Below, piece after piece: positions 30,301 through 39,515 of a DNA stretch of 64,000 bases; within the stretch, counting starts at the first letter, position 1, and each line of letters opens with the position of its first letter. The translations under genes and the position numbers were made by a program. The DNA comes from Spirochaetota bacterium (GTDB taxonomy: Bacteria; Spirochaetota; UBA12135; COTS27; JAFLEE01), in NCBI GenBank assembly GCA_017302015.1, contig JAFLEE010000014.1, positions 5,097 through 69,096 on the forward strand. The letters run 5' to 3'. Below the pieces are notes generated by a model. It was not told the origin of the DNA. It saw only the letters and a program-made list of their open reading frames with translations, and searched no databases.

Positions 30301-31472
30301 TCCTGGAAAGCCGAGAAGGGCGTGGCTTATTGTTCGAGAATTCTGTCGGAAAAGGCCGGGTGCGCTACCTCGCCGCCGCCCCCGCGGGCACCTGGGGGCG
30401 CGCGGCCATGGACCGCGCCTTGGCGGGAACCACCCGCATGGGGGAACTCCTCCAAACCAACGGCACGCGGCTGGCCCAGAGCGAAATCCAGTCTATCGAC
30501 CGCGGCGACACCCGATTGTTCTACGCCGTGGCCTGGGGGCCCGAACCCCAACGCGCCCGTATGCGCCTATTCCAAACGCCCGGGGACCCTTTTTACATCG
30601 TCGACTGGGTGGCCGGCGAGGCGTACCCCTCGCCTTCTGGGAAACTCGCCTGGACGAAGTCAGAGGCATCCAACGGCATCGAGCTGATCCTGCCTTCCCA
30701 GACGCGCGCGGTGATCCTCGCCCAGCGCGAAGAGCCCAAAGGGCTCCCCTGGGTCCGCCCGGCGGCCCTCGACGCGCGCTTCGAGAAGGCCCGGCGCGAG
30801 GAGGCCGCCTGGAAGGCGGGGAGCAAATCCGATCTCGAGGACCGCGACCGCAAGGCCGCCGAAGCCAGGCGCTACGAGGGGGTGCGGGAAGCGAAATGCT
30901 TTGCCATCGATCTTTCGCGCCAGGCCAATATGGGATTCCGCGACGAGGTGGAGGGCGACAAGAAAGGCGGCTGGTTCGACCAAGGGGCCAACGACCTGCG
31001 GGCCATGGCGCCCGGGCGGCGTACCTTCTCGGGGGTGCCATTCCAGATCCTGGATCCCGGGGAGCACGATGGGAAAGCCGTGCTCGTGCTCGGGGGGAAA
31101 CCGAGGGCCTACCTGCCCGAGCGGGCGACGGGGATCCCGGTGGGGCGCCCCGCGTCGCGGTTCTATTTCCTCCACACCGCGGGCTGGGACGATGGGGGCG
31201 CCGTCCTCTCCTACATCATCCGCTACGAAGGGGGGTCCTTCCTCGAGGTCCCGGTGCGCTTTGGCGTGGAGATCGGGGGCTGGTGGGGCCCGAAGGAACT
31301 TCCCTCCGCGAAGATCGCCTTCGAATGCGCCAACGCCGTCTGCCCGCGCGTCGGGCTTTATTGCTTCCGATGGGAAAACCCGAAACCCGGGTTGAAAGTG
31401 GCCTCGATCGACGTGGTGTCCGCCATGGGGGGCGCCGTCCCCGCGGTCGTCGCCATCACCGGGGAGGAATGA
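27360..31472 (+). CDS. 1370-aa secreted multidomain glycosidase: N-terminal CBM4/9-like module + GH42-like beta-galactosidase catalytic and trimerisation-like domains
   Basis: Signal peptide MTVRSILCILSLFALAAAV (GTG 27360). CBM-like NGSFEQ...GWT...HGGGSSLHL. GH42-like core VYELFNESSYQCRCRYNRAAFAVRLRARWGSIAAANEAWKSRFADFDQ (NE acid/base + Cys cluster + LN.AW motif). Confidence 0.8.
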   Translation: MTVRSILCILSLFALAAAVEPVPIALPNGSFEQDAWDGDRGLPTGWTPAPMNEFAICALDPTTRHGGGSSLHLKDAHTGQANEGLSYALPPKQVEAVLGKTLRLRGWVRQKFSKTGGNVFLGIMVKTRDQRWILQKAGPDGEGESPWGEYAVRHAIPRNAELVRIVLACAQGWGNMAEAWFDDLSMAYEETEAPVARAKSGSRVDVYDDSFPSQWRKASWGGLTVEETEIDPLEGSKRLRVRAAAGTKAYSGWRIFTEAINRMASFTAYRENGGYLEFAVRPMPPIQVAWIAEKGAAPPVPIRDYASPLERGWTRVRIPLQKLMRPEGGERLAGLMFQCSAAPEGEETSFDSMAIACDRENLAAPTALPEGIRAALEAIEGPAVPFTRDDFERPEIREGTFYWKGRPHFFAGPWHYDNDTDFKGPATHREGYGAAGYGETVLDAAQAKTLGFTSLQLSSAPNTPLILGLDGPIIPRDIERTQFYPGFLKGLSGMPFVLDYAWIWGLEKLDLVGEGRLPADILQQNRGWHAFIPFCPEHPKGREIYRRYFQSGVRSARANGGNPFVYELFNESSYQCRCRYNRAAFAVRLRARWGSIAAANEAWKSRFADFDQAAATEPLEKCPGLFVDWLQFTGDRYVEVLEEGKKAIRELDGRPRVYFTEQASIPNYLSASGASMDYRKIAAALDLVCVEGGVPFGSSRQTKALSDFEAVIDNQGIQYSLYLDMATALAKGKPVVNHELYCGRFEDGLRVPSRRSDLLTSLWNEMIHGSSASYFYVWDKRSFDWKTPEEAKQNVLQGGYKAFSLLNPYAYPAQAHLGIRDFHDEMERLGALVLPGKRIRGRVGFLISYASLRQAAITQAPTLRLARELYQTILESHLPLEVVYEEDFTAKAPFEAVVAPFLDHRLEQTPARLTGFAEAGGLVVVSAGALGFDEYGRPEDASGLLGVRRGESRLTATWGSGDPVQSLKETYDATPLTAKVLLESREGRGLLFENSVGKGRVRYLAAAPAGTWGRAAMDRALAGTTRMGELLQTNGTRLAQSEIQSIDRGDTRLFYAVAWGPEPQRARMRLFQTPGDPFYIVDWVAGEAYPSPSGKLAWTKSEASNGIELILPSQTRAVILAQREEPKGLPWVRPAALDARFEKARREEAAWKAGSKSDLEDRDRKAAEARRYEGVREAKCFAIDLSRQANMGFRDEVEGDKKGGWFDQGANDLRAMAPGRRTFSGVPFQILDPGEHDGKAVLVLGGKPRAYLPERATGIPVGRPASRFYFLHTAGWDDGGAVLSYIIRYEGGSFLEVPVRFGVEIGGWWGPKELPSAKIAFECANAVCPRVGLYCFRWENPKPGLKVASIDVVSAMGGAVPAVVAITGEE

Positions 31473-31913
31473 AGCCGAACCGAAACCGGGCCCGGCAAGG
31501 ATCGATGGGGCAGCCGCCGATCCCATTAATTGTATACTTTTACGGCAGAATCCCCCGGCTCGCAAGGCGAACCATGACCCGATGCTTGGATGCGATCGAC
31601 CTCGGATCGTTCGCTCTTCCCAAGCCCTGGTGATCCCACGGATACGAATCCGCGACGGGGCTGCACGAAAAGCACACCGCCAAGCATCTCACCCATGGCT
31701 CATTTCGAATTTATCCACCCGAACACCCGCGGTGTTCGCCTTCCGAAATCGATCCCGCTCGGAGCATGCGGCGCGGCGGGAAGCCGCTGGGTTCGCGCCC
31801 GACGCGCGGTCGCGAACGAGGCGACGGTTTCATCCCATCGACTCCACCGTCCGTGAGCTTCCAACCCCTCCCTATGCCCGTGTCAAAACCCCTCATTCGG
31901 TAGGCCCACGAAG

Positions 31914-32549
31914 ATGTGGAATGATCTCGACCCGCCTTGGAAAGATTGCTTCGATTTGGCATGGCTTTCATTCAAAAAGGGCTCCATCCCCATCGGCGCG
32001 GTCATTGTCAACGAAACGAAAACACGCGTCGCCGGAGGAAGGAGCCAACAATACGAAAAAGCGGGCTCTCCCGGGGAAATCGTCAACCATAAATTGTCCC
32101 ACGCGGAATTGAACGCCTTGCTGAAGGTGGGCAAAGAAGAGCATCCGGACGTTCGGCATTACGCCCTCTACTCCACCATGGAACCCTGCCCGTTGTGCTT
32201 CTGCGCAATCGCGATGTCCGGGATCAGGCGAATCGAATACGCCGCCAGGGACGGTTACGCGGGGGGCGTCGAGATCAACCGCCTTAGCGGATACATCGCC
32301 GCGAAGAAGATCGAAGTTTCCGGTCCATACGGCGAAATGGAGGCGATCCAATTGACGATCCAAAGCGTCTTCGAATATCGCCGGGGGCCCTCGGAAAAAT
32401 TATTGTCGAAATGGAGCGAGGATTCGAAGGCGGCCGTCGACCTCGCGAAAACGTTGTTTCACGAAGGGACACTCCTCCGCTTCGCGGAAAAAGACCTGGA
32501 AATGTCGGTCGTCTATGATTTTCTTTGCGGGAACCTCAAGAGGCGCTGA
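31914..32549 (+). CDS. CDA-fold nucleoside deaminase (TadA / guanine-deaminase-like) with a roughly 50-aa C-terminal extension
   Basis: 211-aa ORF with IPIGAVIV, HAELNAL (HAE zinc motif) and MEPCPLCFCAI (PCxxC), then RIEYAARD. Lower GC than flanks; 440 bp of upstream non-coding DNA. Confidence 0.75.
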   Translation: MWNDLDPPWKDCFDLAWLSFKKGSIPIGAVIVNETKTRVAGGRSQQYEKAGSPGEIVNHKLSHAELNALLKVGKEEHPDVRHYALYSTMEPCPLCFCAIAMSGIRRIEYAARDGYAGGVEINRLSGYIAAKKIEVSGPYGEMEAIQLTIQSVFEYRRGPSEKLLSKWSEDSKAAVDLAKTLFHEGTLLRFAEKDLEMSVVYDFLCGNLKRR

Positions 32550-32559
32550 TTCCCTCCCC

Positions 32560-33801
32560 TCATTCCTCCTTCTCGAGGTTCTTCCCGAACCTGCCCCAAC
32601 CCTCCTCCGGCTCGGGGCACGGCTTGATCATGGCGAGGTATTCCGCCAGATGACGCCGATGCTCGGCCAGGATCCCGGCGTAGGCCGTCTCCGAAGCGAG
32701 GTCACGGGATTCGTGGGCATCCTTCGCGAGATCATAGAGGGCAACCCCCCGCCGCTGGTGCACCGACTTGTGCGTCGCGGTGCGCACCACGGTCATGACC
32801 TCGTGGATGAGGCATTCGGTCACGTTCCAGGGGCGCCAGGCCACGGGGGGGCCATGGAGGATGGGCCGGAGACTTCGGGCATAATTCATGTCAGGCATGG
32901 CGGGCGCCCCGAAGAGGTCCAGGATGGTGGCGGCGAGATCGACCCCGGAGACGAGATGATCGGAGGTGGAACCCGGAGCGATGCCGGGGCCGACGATGAA
33001 GAGGGGCACCCGGATGGCTTCCTCCCAGGGCACCCCCTTGGTGTAATGATTGTGCTCGCCGTTCATCTGCCCGTGGTCGGAGGAGAAGATCAGGTAGGTG
33101 TTTTCGCGGTGGGGGGATTGGCGAACCGCCCGGACCACCCGACCCACCTCCCGGTCCACCATCTCCACCATCCGGTCGTAACTGTAGCGATAATAGCCGA
33201 GATGTTCCGGACCCAGCGGCATCGGGAGGGAAGGATCATAGACCGCGGGCATCGGCGGAATTTGCCCGGCCACGTCCGCGGCGGCCTCGTATTTGGCGGG
33301 GTTTCGGGCATGGGACCAGAAGCAGATATCATGGGGATTGAGGAGCCCCACGTTCAGGAAGAACGGCCCGGCGGCGGGGCTTCGATCCTGGAGGTAGGCC
33401 TCGGCCACCCTGGCCACTTGGGCATCGGCCAATTCCCCCACCCCGAACCCCGGGTGGAGCAGGCGGAAACTGCGCTGGACCTCCCGGTGCGGTACATGCC
33501 ATTTTCCGGCATAAACGCACTCGATCCCCCGGCCGCCCAGCCATTGGCCGAGATCGGGGATGTCCTTCTGGAGCGGATAGCCGTTGTCGAGGACCCCCGT
33601 CTCCCGGGACATGCGCCCGGTGTACCAGGAGGTCCGGGCGGGGCAACACACGGGGTTCGTGGAAAATGAGGATGTAAACCGAATGCCCTGAGCCCGCAGC
33701 GCATCGAGGTGCGGGGTGCGGACCCGGGGATTGCCCTCGCATTGGAGGGCCCCGTGGTATAGCTGGTCCACATGGATGAAGACGAGATTGGGGGTGCCCA
33801 C
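32560..33801 (-). CDS. Cys-type sulfatase (formylglycine motif CxPxR), no N-terminal signal peptide
   Basis: GTG at 33801, 5 nt after the upstream stop. It opens directly with the conserved VGTPNLVFIHVDQL, then CCPARTSWYTGR and the SSDHGQ metal site. The in-frame upstream extension to 34044 overlaps the upstream gene and is not signal-like. Confidence 0.8.
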   Translation of the reverse strand: MGTPNLVFIHVDQLYHGALQCEGNPRVRTPHLDALRAQGIRFTSSFSTNPVCCPARTSWYTGRMSRETGVLDNGYPLQKDIPDLGQWLGGRGIECVYAGKWHVPHREVQRSFRLLHPGFGVGELADAQVARVAEAYLQDRSPAAGPFFLNVGLLNPHDICFWSHARNPAKYEAAADVAGQIPPMPAVYDPSLPMPLGPEHLGYYRYSYDRMVEMVDREVGRVVRAVRQSPHRENTYLIFSSDHGQMNGEHNHYTKGVPWEEAIRVPLFIVGPGIAPGSTSDHLVSGVDLAATILDLFGAPAMPDMNYARSLRPILHGPPVAWRPWNVTECLIHEVMTVVRTATHKSVHQRRGVALYDLAKDAHESRDLASETAYAGILAEHRRHLAEYLAMIKPCPEPEEGWGRFGKNLEKEE

Positions 33802-33805
33802 GGGC

Positions 33806-34663
33806 CTAGGCCTCGACCTTCTGCAGCAGGTAGGACCGCATGGCATGGGTGATGAAAAGGGGCCGGCCGGCCGCGTCGAACCAGTAATGGATGGGATGGG
33901 TGGCGTCGCCCACCTGATAATAGCCCCGCAGGCTCCCGGCGCCCCACGGGATTTCTCCCGCATCCCCGAGGCGCTGGTTCTGCCCGAGGTTTCCATTTTC
34001 GTCGAGGAAGGTGAAGCTTCCCTCGGGCTTCCGCCCCCTGGCAAGGAGGACTAAGAGGTCCGCCAGGCACCAGAGCGGCCCGGGGCACGGGAGCACGTCG
34101 GAAAAACCCATGGCTCCGGAAATGGTTTTTAATAGAGCCACCTCCCCTTCCAGCCGGATCTCCTGGACCCTCCGCAGGGTTTCACCGGCTCCCAGCGCGC
34201 TGCTCGCAGTATCGGTCCAACCGGAGAGGCCCGCCGATCCCCCGGCGATGACGAGTTCGATGCGATGGCCCCCTTGCCGGAATTCCAGGAGAGACCGCCG
34301 CTCCCCGCCCCGAAGGCCGAGGCGCAGGGTGCCGGTGGGAACGGTGCGCAGCATTTGCTGCGGATTCCTCGAGGGAACGGCCCGCACCTGCATGAACTCG
34401 AGCCCCCACTCGCCCTCCAGGATCCCCTTCCCGGGGAGCGAAGAGGCTTCTTGGACGCGGTCCGAAATAGGTCGCAGGGAAAAATGCCCTGGCGCCCCCG
34501 CCAGGACGAGCCCCTCGGTGGCCGGTCTAGATTTCTTTTTTGTGTCGGCAGCCTTCAGGGACAAGAGAAGGGCCGCCGCGCCCATCCCGCCAATGGCCAC
34601 GAAACGTCGCCGCGTCATGGGAGCCGACGCACCGGAAGGAGAAGGATTCTCAATCTTTTCCAC
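33806..34663 (-). CDS. Tat-signal hypothetical protein (start 34663 or 34618)
   Basis: Twin-arginine motif MTRRRFVAIGGMGAAALLLSLKAA. About 270-aa mature region without a domain I recognise. Stop TAG 5 nt before the sulfatase GTG. Confidence 0.7.
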   Translation of the reverse strand: MEKIENPSPSGASAPMTRRRFVAIGGMGAAALLLSLKAADTKKKSRPATEGLVLAGAPGHFSLRPISDRVQEASSLPGKGILEGEWGLEFMQVRAVPSRNPQQMLRTVPTGTLRLGLRGGERRSLLEFRQGGHRIELVIAGGSAGLSGWTDTASSALGAGETLRRVQEIRLEGEVALLKTISGAMGFSDVLPCPGPLWCLADLLVLLARGRKPEGSFTFLDENGNLGQNQRLGDAGEIPWGAGSLRGYYQVGDATHPIHYWFDAAGRPLFITHAMRSYLLQKVEA

Positions 34664-34975
34664 GGTTCGACGATATCCTGCCCACCCCCATTATTCAACT
34701 CTTTGGATCGGCTGCGACCGATCGAAGCGCCCAGAGCCCGATTACTATAAAAGCGGCTTCGAGCGTGGCTCGGGGCGCCCATTCTTCCCCGGCACCCCCG
34801 GGGCAAAGTGGATCTTCGCGCGTCGGTTTGACGGCGATGGCCGGACGACGAGCGGGAATGCGGGGGCGGGAGAACGGATTTCACCCCTCGGCAGAATTGC
34901 CGGTGGCAAAGACCAGATCCATTCCCGGGCTCACCCGATCCCGAGGATCCCGCGGGCCCGGCGACGGAGGAGGCC

Positions 34976-35866
34976 CTAGCGACCGGTGAAGCGCGGGAGC
35001 ACCGTGCCCGAGGCGGAAAGGGCGGACGCGCCTTCCCGATTTCCCTCCCGGAAGGCCGTCGGCGTCCTCCCCGTCTGCTTCTTGAATTGGGTGGCGAAAT
35101 AGCGCCCGTCCCCGAACCCGCACCGCTGCGCGATCTCGGAGACCGGGAGTTCGCCGTGGGAGAGCAGGAAACTCGCGGCCTCGAAGCGGCGGGCGAGCAG
35201 GTAATGGTGGGGCGTGGCGCCGAGTTCCGCCTTGAAGCGGCGGATGACGTAGGTCGACGTGGTGCCGACGAGCTGGCCCAAGCGGCCCAAGGGGATCGTC
35301 TCGTGGAAACGCGCGTCGAGGAAATCTTTGAGGCGTTGGACGAGGGGAGAATGGCGCACGAAAAGGGTGCCCGCGCCCTCGGCGAGGGTGTGGAGCACGC
35401 GGTGGACGAGATGGGCGAGATCCTTCCCCTGGCGCGGAAAAGGCGCCCGGGGATCGGCCGCCGAAAGCCCCTCGGCGAGGGCGTGGGCGCTGCGGAAGAG
35501 CGGCAGCAGCGTGGCGCCGGCGGGAACGTGGAAGATCCCCTCGAGGCGGAACAAAGAGAGGAGGAGTTCGATGCTCTCTCGTTCAAAATAGAGATAGAAC
35601 TTACTGGCGAAGGCGGGCGGACGCGCCTCGTAGCGGAAGGTGGAAAAGCGCGGGAGGAGGAAGACGTCGCCCGGCCGGAGTTCGAAGGGCATTCGATCGA
35701 CCACGAGGTCGGCGCTCCCGGAGACGAGGCATTCGATGGAGGTGCGGTAGGGACGGTCCCGCTGAAAAAAATGGGCCTGGGCGGGGCTGAAACCCACCGC
35801 GGTGGGCAGGAAGGGAACGCCCCGCCAGATCTCGGGGATGCGGTAGACGATTTCATTTTGTTTCAT
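34976..35866 (-). CDS. AraC family transcriptional regulator
   Basis: 296-aa ORF. HTH ...IPLGRLGQLVGTTSTYVIRRFKAELGATPHHYLLARRFEAASFLL...VSEIAQRCGFGDGRYFATQFKKQTGRTPTAFRE. Confidence 0.85.
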   Translation of the reverse strand: MKQNEIVYRIPEIWRGVPFLPTAVGFSPAQAHFFQRDRPYRTSIECLVSGSADLVVDRMPFELRPGDVFLLPRFSTFRYEARPPAFASKFYLYFERESIELLLSLFRLEGIFHVPAGATLLPLFRSAHALAEGLSAADPRAPFPRQGKDLAHLVHRVLHTLAEGAGTLFVRHSPLVQRLKDFLDARFHETIPLGRLGQLVGTTSTYVIRRFKAELGATPHHYLLARRFEAASFLLSHGELPVSEIAQRCGFGDGRYFATQFKKQTGRTPTAFREGNREGASALSASGTVLPRFTGR

Positions 35867-35969
35867 ATTTCGAACATCCAGGTTCCTCTTTCGACTTGTG
35901 GGGCCATGGCCGGGTCTTTATACTATAAAAAAGCCTATTTTTTGGCCCATCCCATCCAGGAAGGCATCC

Positions 35970-38900
35970 ATGGTCAAGCAATTTATCCTACTCCTCGCCG
36001 TCCTCGCCGGCGGGGTTTTCTCCCAAGGCCTGAAGCAAGACTTCGAGGATAGCCTCGGGGAATGGAAAACCCAGGGGGATGTGGGCCTCGTTCAGCATCC
36101 CGACGGAGGCCATTACGCCCAAATCCGCACCGAGGGCAAGGCGACCGCGCGGCTCTTCTCGCCCACCGTGCCCCTGGGGGGAGCGAAGGCCCTCGCCGTC
36201 GCGTTCCGCTACCGCAGCACGGTGCCCCGTTCTGCGATGCACGTGGGTTCGTGGATCTGCGTCCTTTTCTACGATAAAAACATGAAGAGCTTGGGGGATG
36301 CGGGGATCCTCGCCGTACTGGCGCCCCTCTCCGCCGAGTGGCGGAGCATCCGCGAGAGTCTGCCGTGCCCGGTGGGCGCGGCGTTCGTGTCGCTCCAACC
36401 GCGCCTCCAGCAGAGCGAAGGCCGCTTCGATCTCGACGATTTATCCGCCGCTCCTGGGGACGGGGCCCCGGCGGTCGACACGGCGGGCGCGGAGAAAAGC
36501 GCGGGACCCGACCCCACGAGCGCGTTTCGAACCCTCGAAAGCTTCGTCCTGGAGAAGGGGGAGCGGGTGCTTCTTCGCGGCCAAAAGAGCGTCCTCGCCA
36601 ACGAAAACCGCGGTGGGGGGAACGCGCTGCCTTGGGTGTTCACGCTGCCCGACGCCTTCTGCGAGAATCCCGACCTGGTCTACGAAGTCTCGGCCACCAT
36701 CGTCCCCGCATGGTCGACTCGCGGGGAGTCCGAGCCCCATGGCATCTTCGCCCTGGGCGCCAATATCCTCGGCCAAGACACCAATTCGTTCACGCTCATG
36801 CTCTGGGCGGGGAATAACCTGATCGTGCGCGCCTTGCCGAACATGCTCGGGGCCCGGGCCGAGGTGCGCCAGCCCCTCGTCATCGAAGCGGGCAAGGCGC
36901 GCACCGTGCGCGCTCTGCTTTCGGCGCGGGAACTCACCGCCTGGCTCGACGGCGGCCTCTTCGGGCAGGCCCCCTCGACGCGGGACTTCACCTGGCCCAA
37001 GGGGCGGCCCTTCGTCATCGGCGGCGAGCGGGTGAACTCGGCCCCGCTCAATGGAGAAATCCAAGCATTCAAGATCGCGGTTCATGAGCCCCTCATCCGG
37101 GCGGCCTTCGCGGGAGGCCCGGATTTCGGCTATTTCACTGGTCCCGGGCCCCATACCGTCGACCTCGCCCTCTCTGGCGGTATCGGGGCCGCGGCCACCA
37201 GCGCCATCAGCGTGCAGGATTCGGATGGCAAGCCCGTGGCCAAGCTGGCGCCGAAGGAGCGCTCGGCCGAACGCCACCGATACGCCCTTCCGGCCTTGCC
37301 GTGGGGCTATTACCGTTTGGAGGCCGAAATCTCCTACCAAATCGCGAAAAAAACCATTACCCGCGGCATCGTCCTTCTTCCGCGTGCGGTGGAGCGGGAA
37401 CCGGCCGAGAAATCGATCTACGGCATGACCCATGAATACCCGACCTTCCCCGACACGGTCAACCCCGAAGTACTCGATACGGCCTTCGGGCGCATGGCGG
37501 CCCTGGGCATCCGCTGGTTCCGCGTCTGGGCGACCTGGGACCAGGTGGAGACGGTGCGGGGCGTCTACGATTGGCGGGGGGTCGATACCCTCGTCGCCGC
37601 GGCGAAGAAGCACGGCATCGAACTCTACGTCTGCCTGCACGGGGGCACCAAAGATTTCATGATCGGCAAGCGCGAAGATCGGCGCAGGTTCGACTTCACC
37701 TACGCCGGGGCCATGTTCGAGCCCCTCATCGACGTGCCGGCTTGGCTCAAATGGGTGAGGGCCTACGCCGAACGCTACAAAGATGCCATCACGCATTACC
37801 AGATCTGGAACGAGACCGATACGCGCCTGTATTTCTGGCCCTTCAAGCCCGAGGCCTATATCGCCTTCATGAAAGACGGCGGTGCGGCGGTGAAGGCCGG
37901 CAACCCCCGTGCGCGCATCGCCCTGGGCGGCTTCTGCGCGGCCCTCGAGGATAATTTCTTCGACCGCATGACGCACACCGACAAAGACAGCGCCTACGGC
38001 CTCAAAGAGTTCTACCAGCACAAACCCCAGCCCTATTTCGAGATCTTCGATTACCACTTCTACACCCCGGGCGAAGCCGGCCAATCGTGGGACAGCCGCA
38101 CCCTGCTGGTGAAGCGCCTGCGGGATTACTTGGCGAGCCAGGGAGACGGCCACAAGCCGATCTGGAACGGCGAAACGGGCTTCGCCTCCACGGGCATCGC
38201 GGAGCGGGTGGGGAAATTGGGATCGTGCTTCAACGTGCCGCTGCTTTCCGAACGCGAGCACGGGGCGAGGATCGTCCAGTGGCACGTGCAGTCGAAAGCC
38301 CTGGGCATCGAGCGCAATTTCAATTACCTCTTCAATTCCGAGACCTTCGGTCCGGTGAACGACGATTTCTCCCCCAAGCCGGCCTACGCGGCCCAGGCCC
38401 AACTCGCCAACCTCCTGGGCGGGAGCGCCTATGAACGCGAGATCCAGGTCCACCCGTCCATCCGCGCTTACGTCTTCAAAGGGCCACTCGGCTATACCAC
38501 CTATCTATGGACCCGAAGCGGCAGCGAGATCCTCGCCTTGGGCGGGGCCGGCGAGAAACCGAGCGCCCTCGACCTGTTCGGCAACGCGCTTCCCTGGGCG
38601 GGCGTGCTGAAACTCGGCGAAGAACCCGTGGCGCTCCGCACCGCCGCGATCCCGACGATCTCTCCCCTGGTGCGGGTATCGGTGGCCGACGGCCTCGTCG
38701 GCGGCGAGACCTTCGCCGTGCGCATCGAATTGCGCAATCCCTCCCAAGCCCCCTGCGAGGCGTCTTTCGGCGCGTCGATCGGCGGCGGTACGCCTACCCG
38801 AAGGGCCGTGAGCCTCGCCGCTGGGGAATCCCGCGAGGAGACGATCGACCTCCCCGGCATCGAGGGGAGGCTCCTGGTGGAGGGCGCCCTCCGCGGCGCG

Positions 38901-39515
38901 ATCGCCCAACCCTTCCTCTTCGAGAAGAAGATCTCGCCCCGCCCGTCGCTGATCCTCGCGGAAGGGGGCGAGGCCGCCTTCGCCATCGACGCCGAGCGGC
39001 AGGTGGCGGTGGGCGGAAAAGTCCTCGACGCCCAGGCGCGGACCGTCGTGGAATGCCAGTGGAAGGGGCCGAAAGACGCTTCGATGCGCGGAACGCTGCG
39101 GCGCCAAGGCGCGAAACTCGCGTTCACTTTCGAGGTCACCGACGACCGGTTCTTCCCTTCCGAGGGGGCCCTCTATAACGGCGACGCCCTCGAGATCTTC
39201 CTCGACCTGCGCACGGACGAGATGAAAAAAGACAAGACGATGGAGGGCGTGCACCAATGGGTGGTCTCCGCGGCGGGAAAGACCTGGTGGGCGCGGAACA
39301 AGCCGATCCCCGGCGCCCAAATACAGACCGCCCGCACGGAGACGGGTTGGAAAGCCTGGGGCACCGTCCCGACGCCGGCCCTTAAACGCTTCGGCTTCGA
39401 TGTCTCCCTCGACGATGGCGATGATGTTGCCGGCCGCCGCACCCAATCGGCGTGGGCGGGATCCGCAGAGAACCATTCGAACCCCGATGGCTACGGGAAA
39501 GTGATCCTGAAATGA
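35970..39515 (+). CDS. 1181-aa secreted multidomain clan GH-A glycosidase with N-terminal lectin/CBM-like region and C-terminal CBM9-like domain
   Basis: ATG 35970 after AGGAAGG. Signal peptide MVKQFILLLAVLAGGVFSQG. TIM-barrel segment RWFRVWATWDQVE...YQIWNETD (NE acid/base). C-terminal ...FTFEVTDDRFFPSEGALYNGDALEIFLD... CBM9-like. Confidence 0.8.
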   Translation: MVKQFILLLAVLAGGVFSQGLKQDFEDSLGEWKTQGDVGLVQHPDGGHYAQIRTEGKATARLFSPTVPLGGAKALAVAFRYRSTVPRSAMHVGSWICVLFYDKNMKSLGDAGILAVLAPLSAEWRSIRESLPCPVGAAFVSLQPRLQQSEGRFDLDDLSAAPGDGAPAVDTAGAEKSAGPDPTSAFRTLESFVLEKGERVLLRGQKSVLANENRGGGNALPWVFTLPDAFCENPDLVYEVSATIVPAWSTRGESEPHGIFALGANILGQDTNSFTLMLWAGNNLIVRALPNMLGARAEVRQPLVIEAGKARTVRALLSARELTAWLDGGLFGQAPSTRDFTWPKGRPFVIGGERVNSAPLNGEIQAFKIAVHEPLIRAAFAGGPDFGYFTGPGPHTVDLALSGGIGAAATSAISVQDSDGKPVAKLAPKERSAERHRYALPALPWGYYRLEAEISYQIAKKTITRGIVLLPRAVEREPAEKSIYGMTHEYPTFPDTVNPEVLDTAFGRMAALGIRWFRVWATWDQVETVRGVYDWRGVDTLVAAAKKHGIELYVCLHGGTKDFMIGKREDRRRFDFTYAGAMFEPLIDVPAWLKWVRAYAERYKDAITHYQIWNETDTRLYFWPFKPEAYIAFMKDGGAAVKAGNPRARIALGGFCAALEDNFFDRMTHTDKDSAYGLKEFYQHKPQPYFEIFDYHFYTPGEAGQSWDSRTLLVKRLRDYLASQGDGHKPIWNGETGFASTGIAERVGKLGSCFNVPLLSEREHGARIVQWHVQSKALGIERNFNYLFNSETFGPVNDDFSPKPAYAAQAQLANLLGGSAYEREIQVHPSIRAYVFKGPLGYTTYLWTRSGSEILALGGAGEKPSALDLFGNALPWAGVLKLGEEPVALRTAAIPTISPLVRVSVADGLVGGETFAVRIELRNPSQAPCEASFGASIGGGTPTRRAVSLAAGESREETIDLPGIEGRLLVEGALRGAIAQPFLFEKKISPRPSLILAEGGEAAFAIDAERQVAVGGKVLDAQARTVVECQWKGPKDASMRGTLRRQGAKLAFTFEVTDDRFFPSEGALYNGDALEIFLDLRTDEMKKDKTMEGVHQWVVSAAGKTWWARNKPIPGAQIQTARTETGWKAWGTVPTPALKRFGFDVSLDDGDDVAGRRTQSAWAGSAENHSNPDGYGKVILK

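Noticed and set aside
36441-38453. 670-aa antisense ORF inside the 35970-39515 gene
   Set aside because: High-GC antisense artefact with no recognisable motifs.
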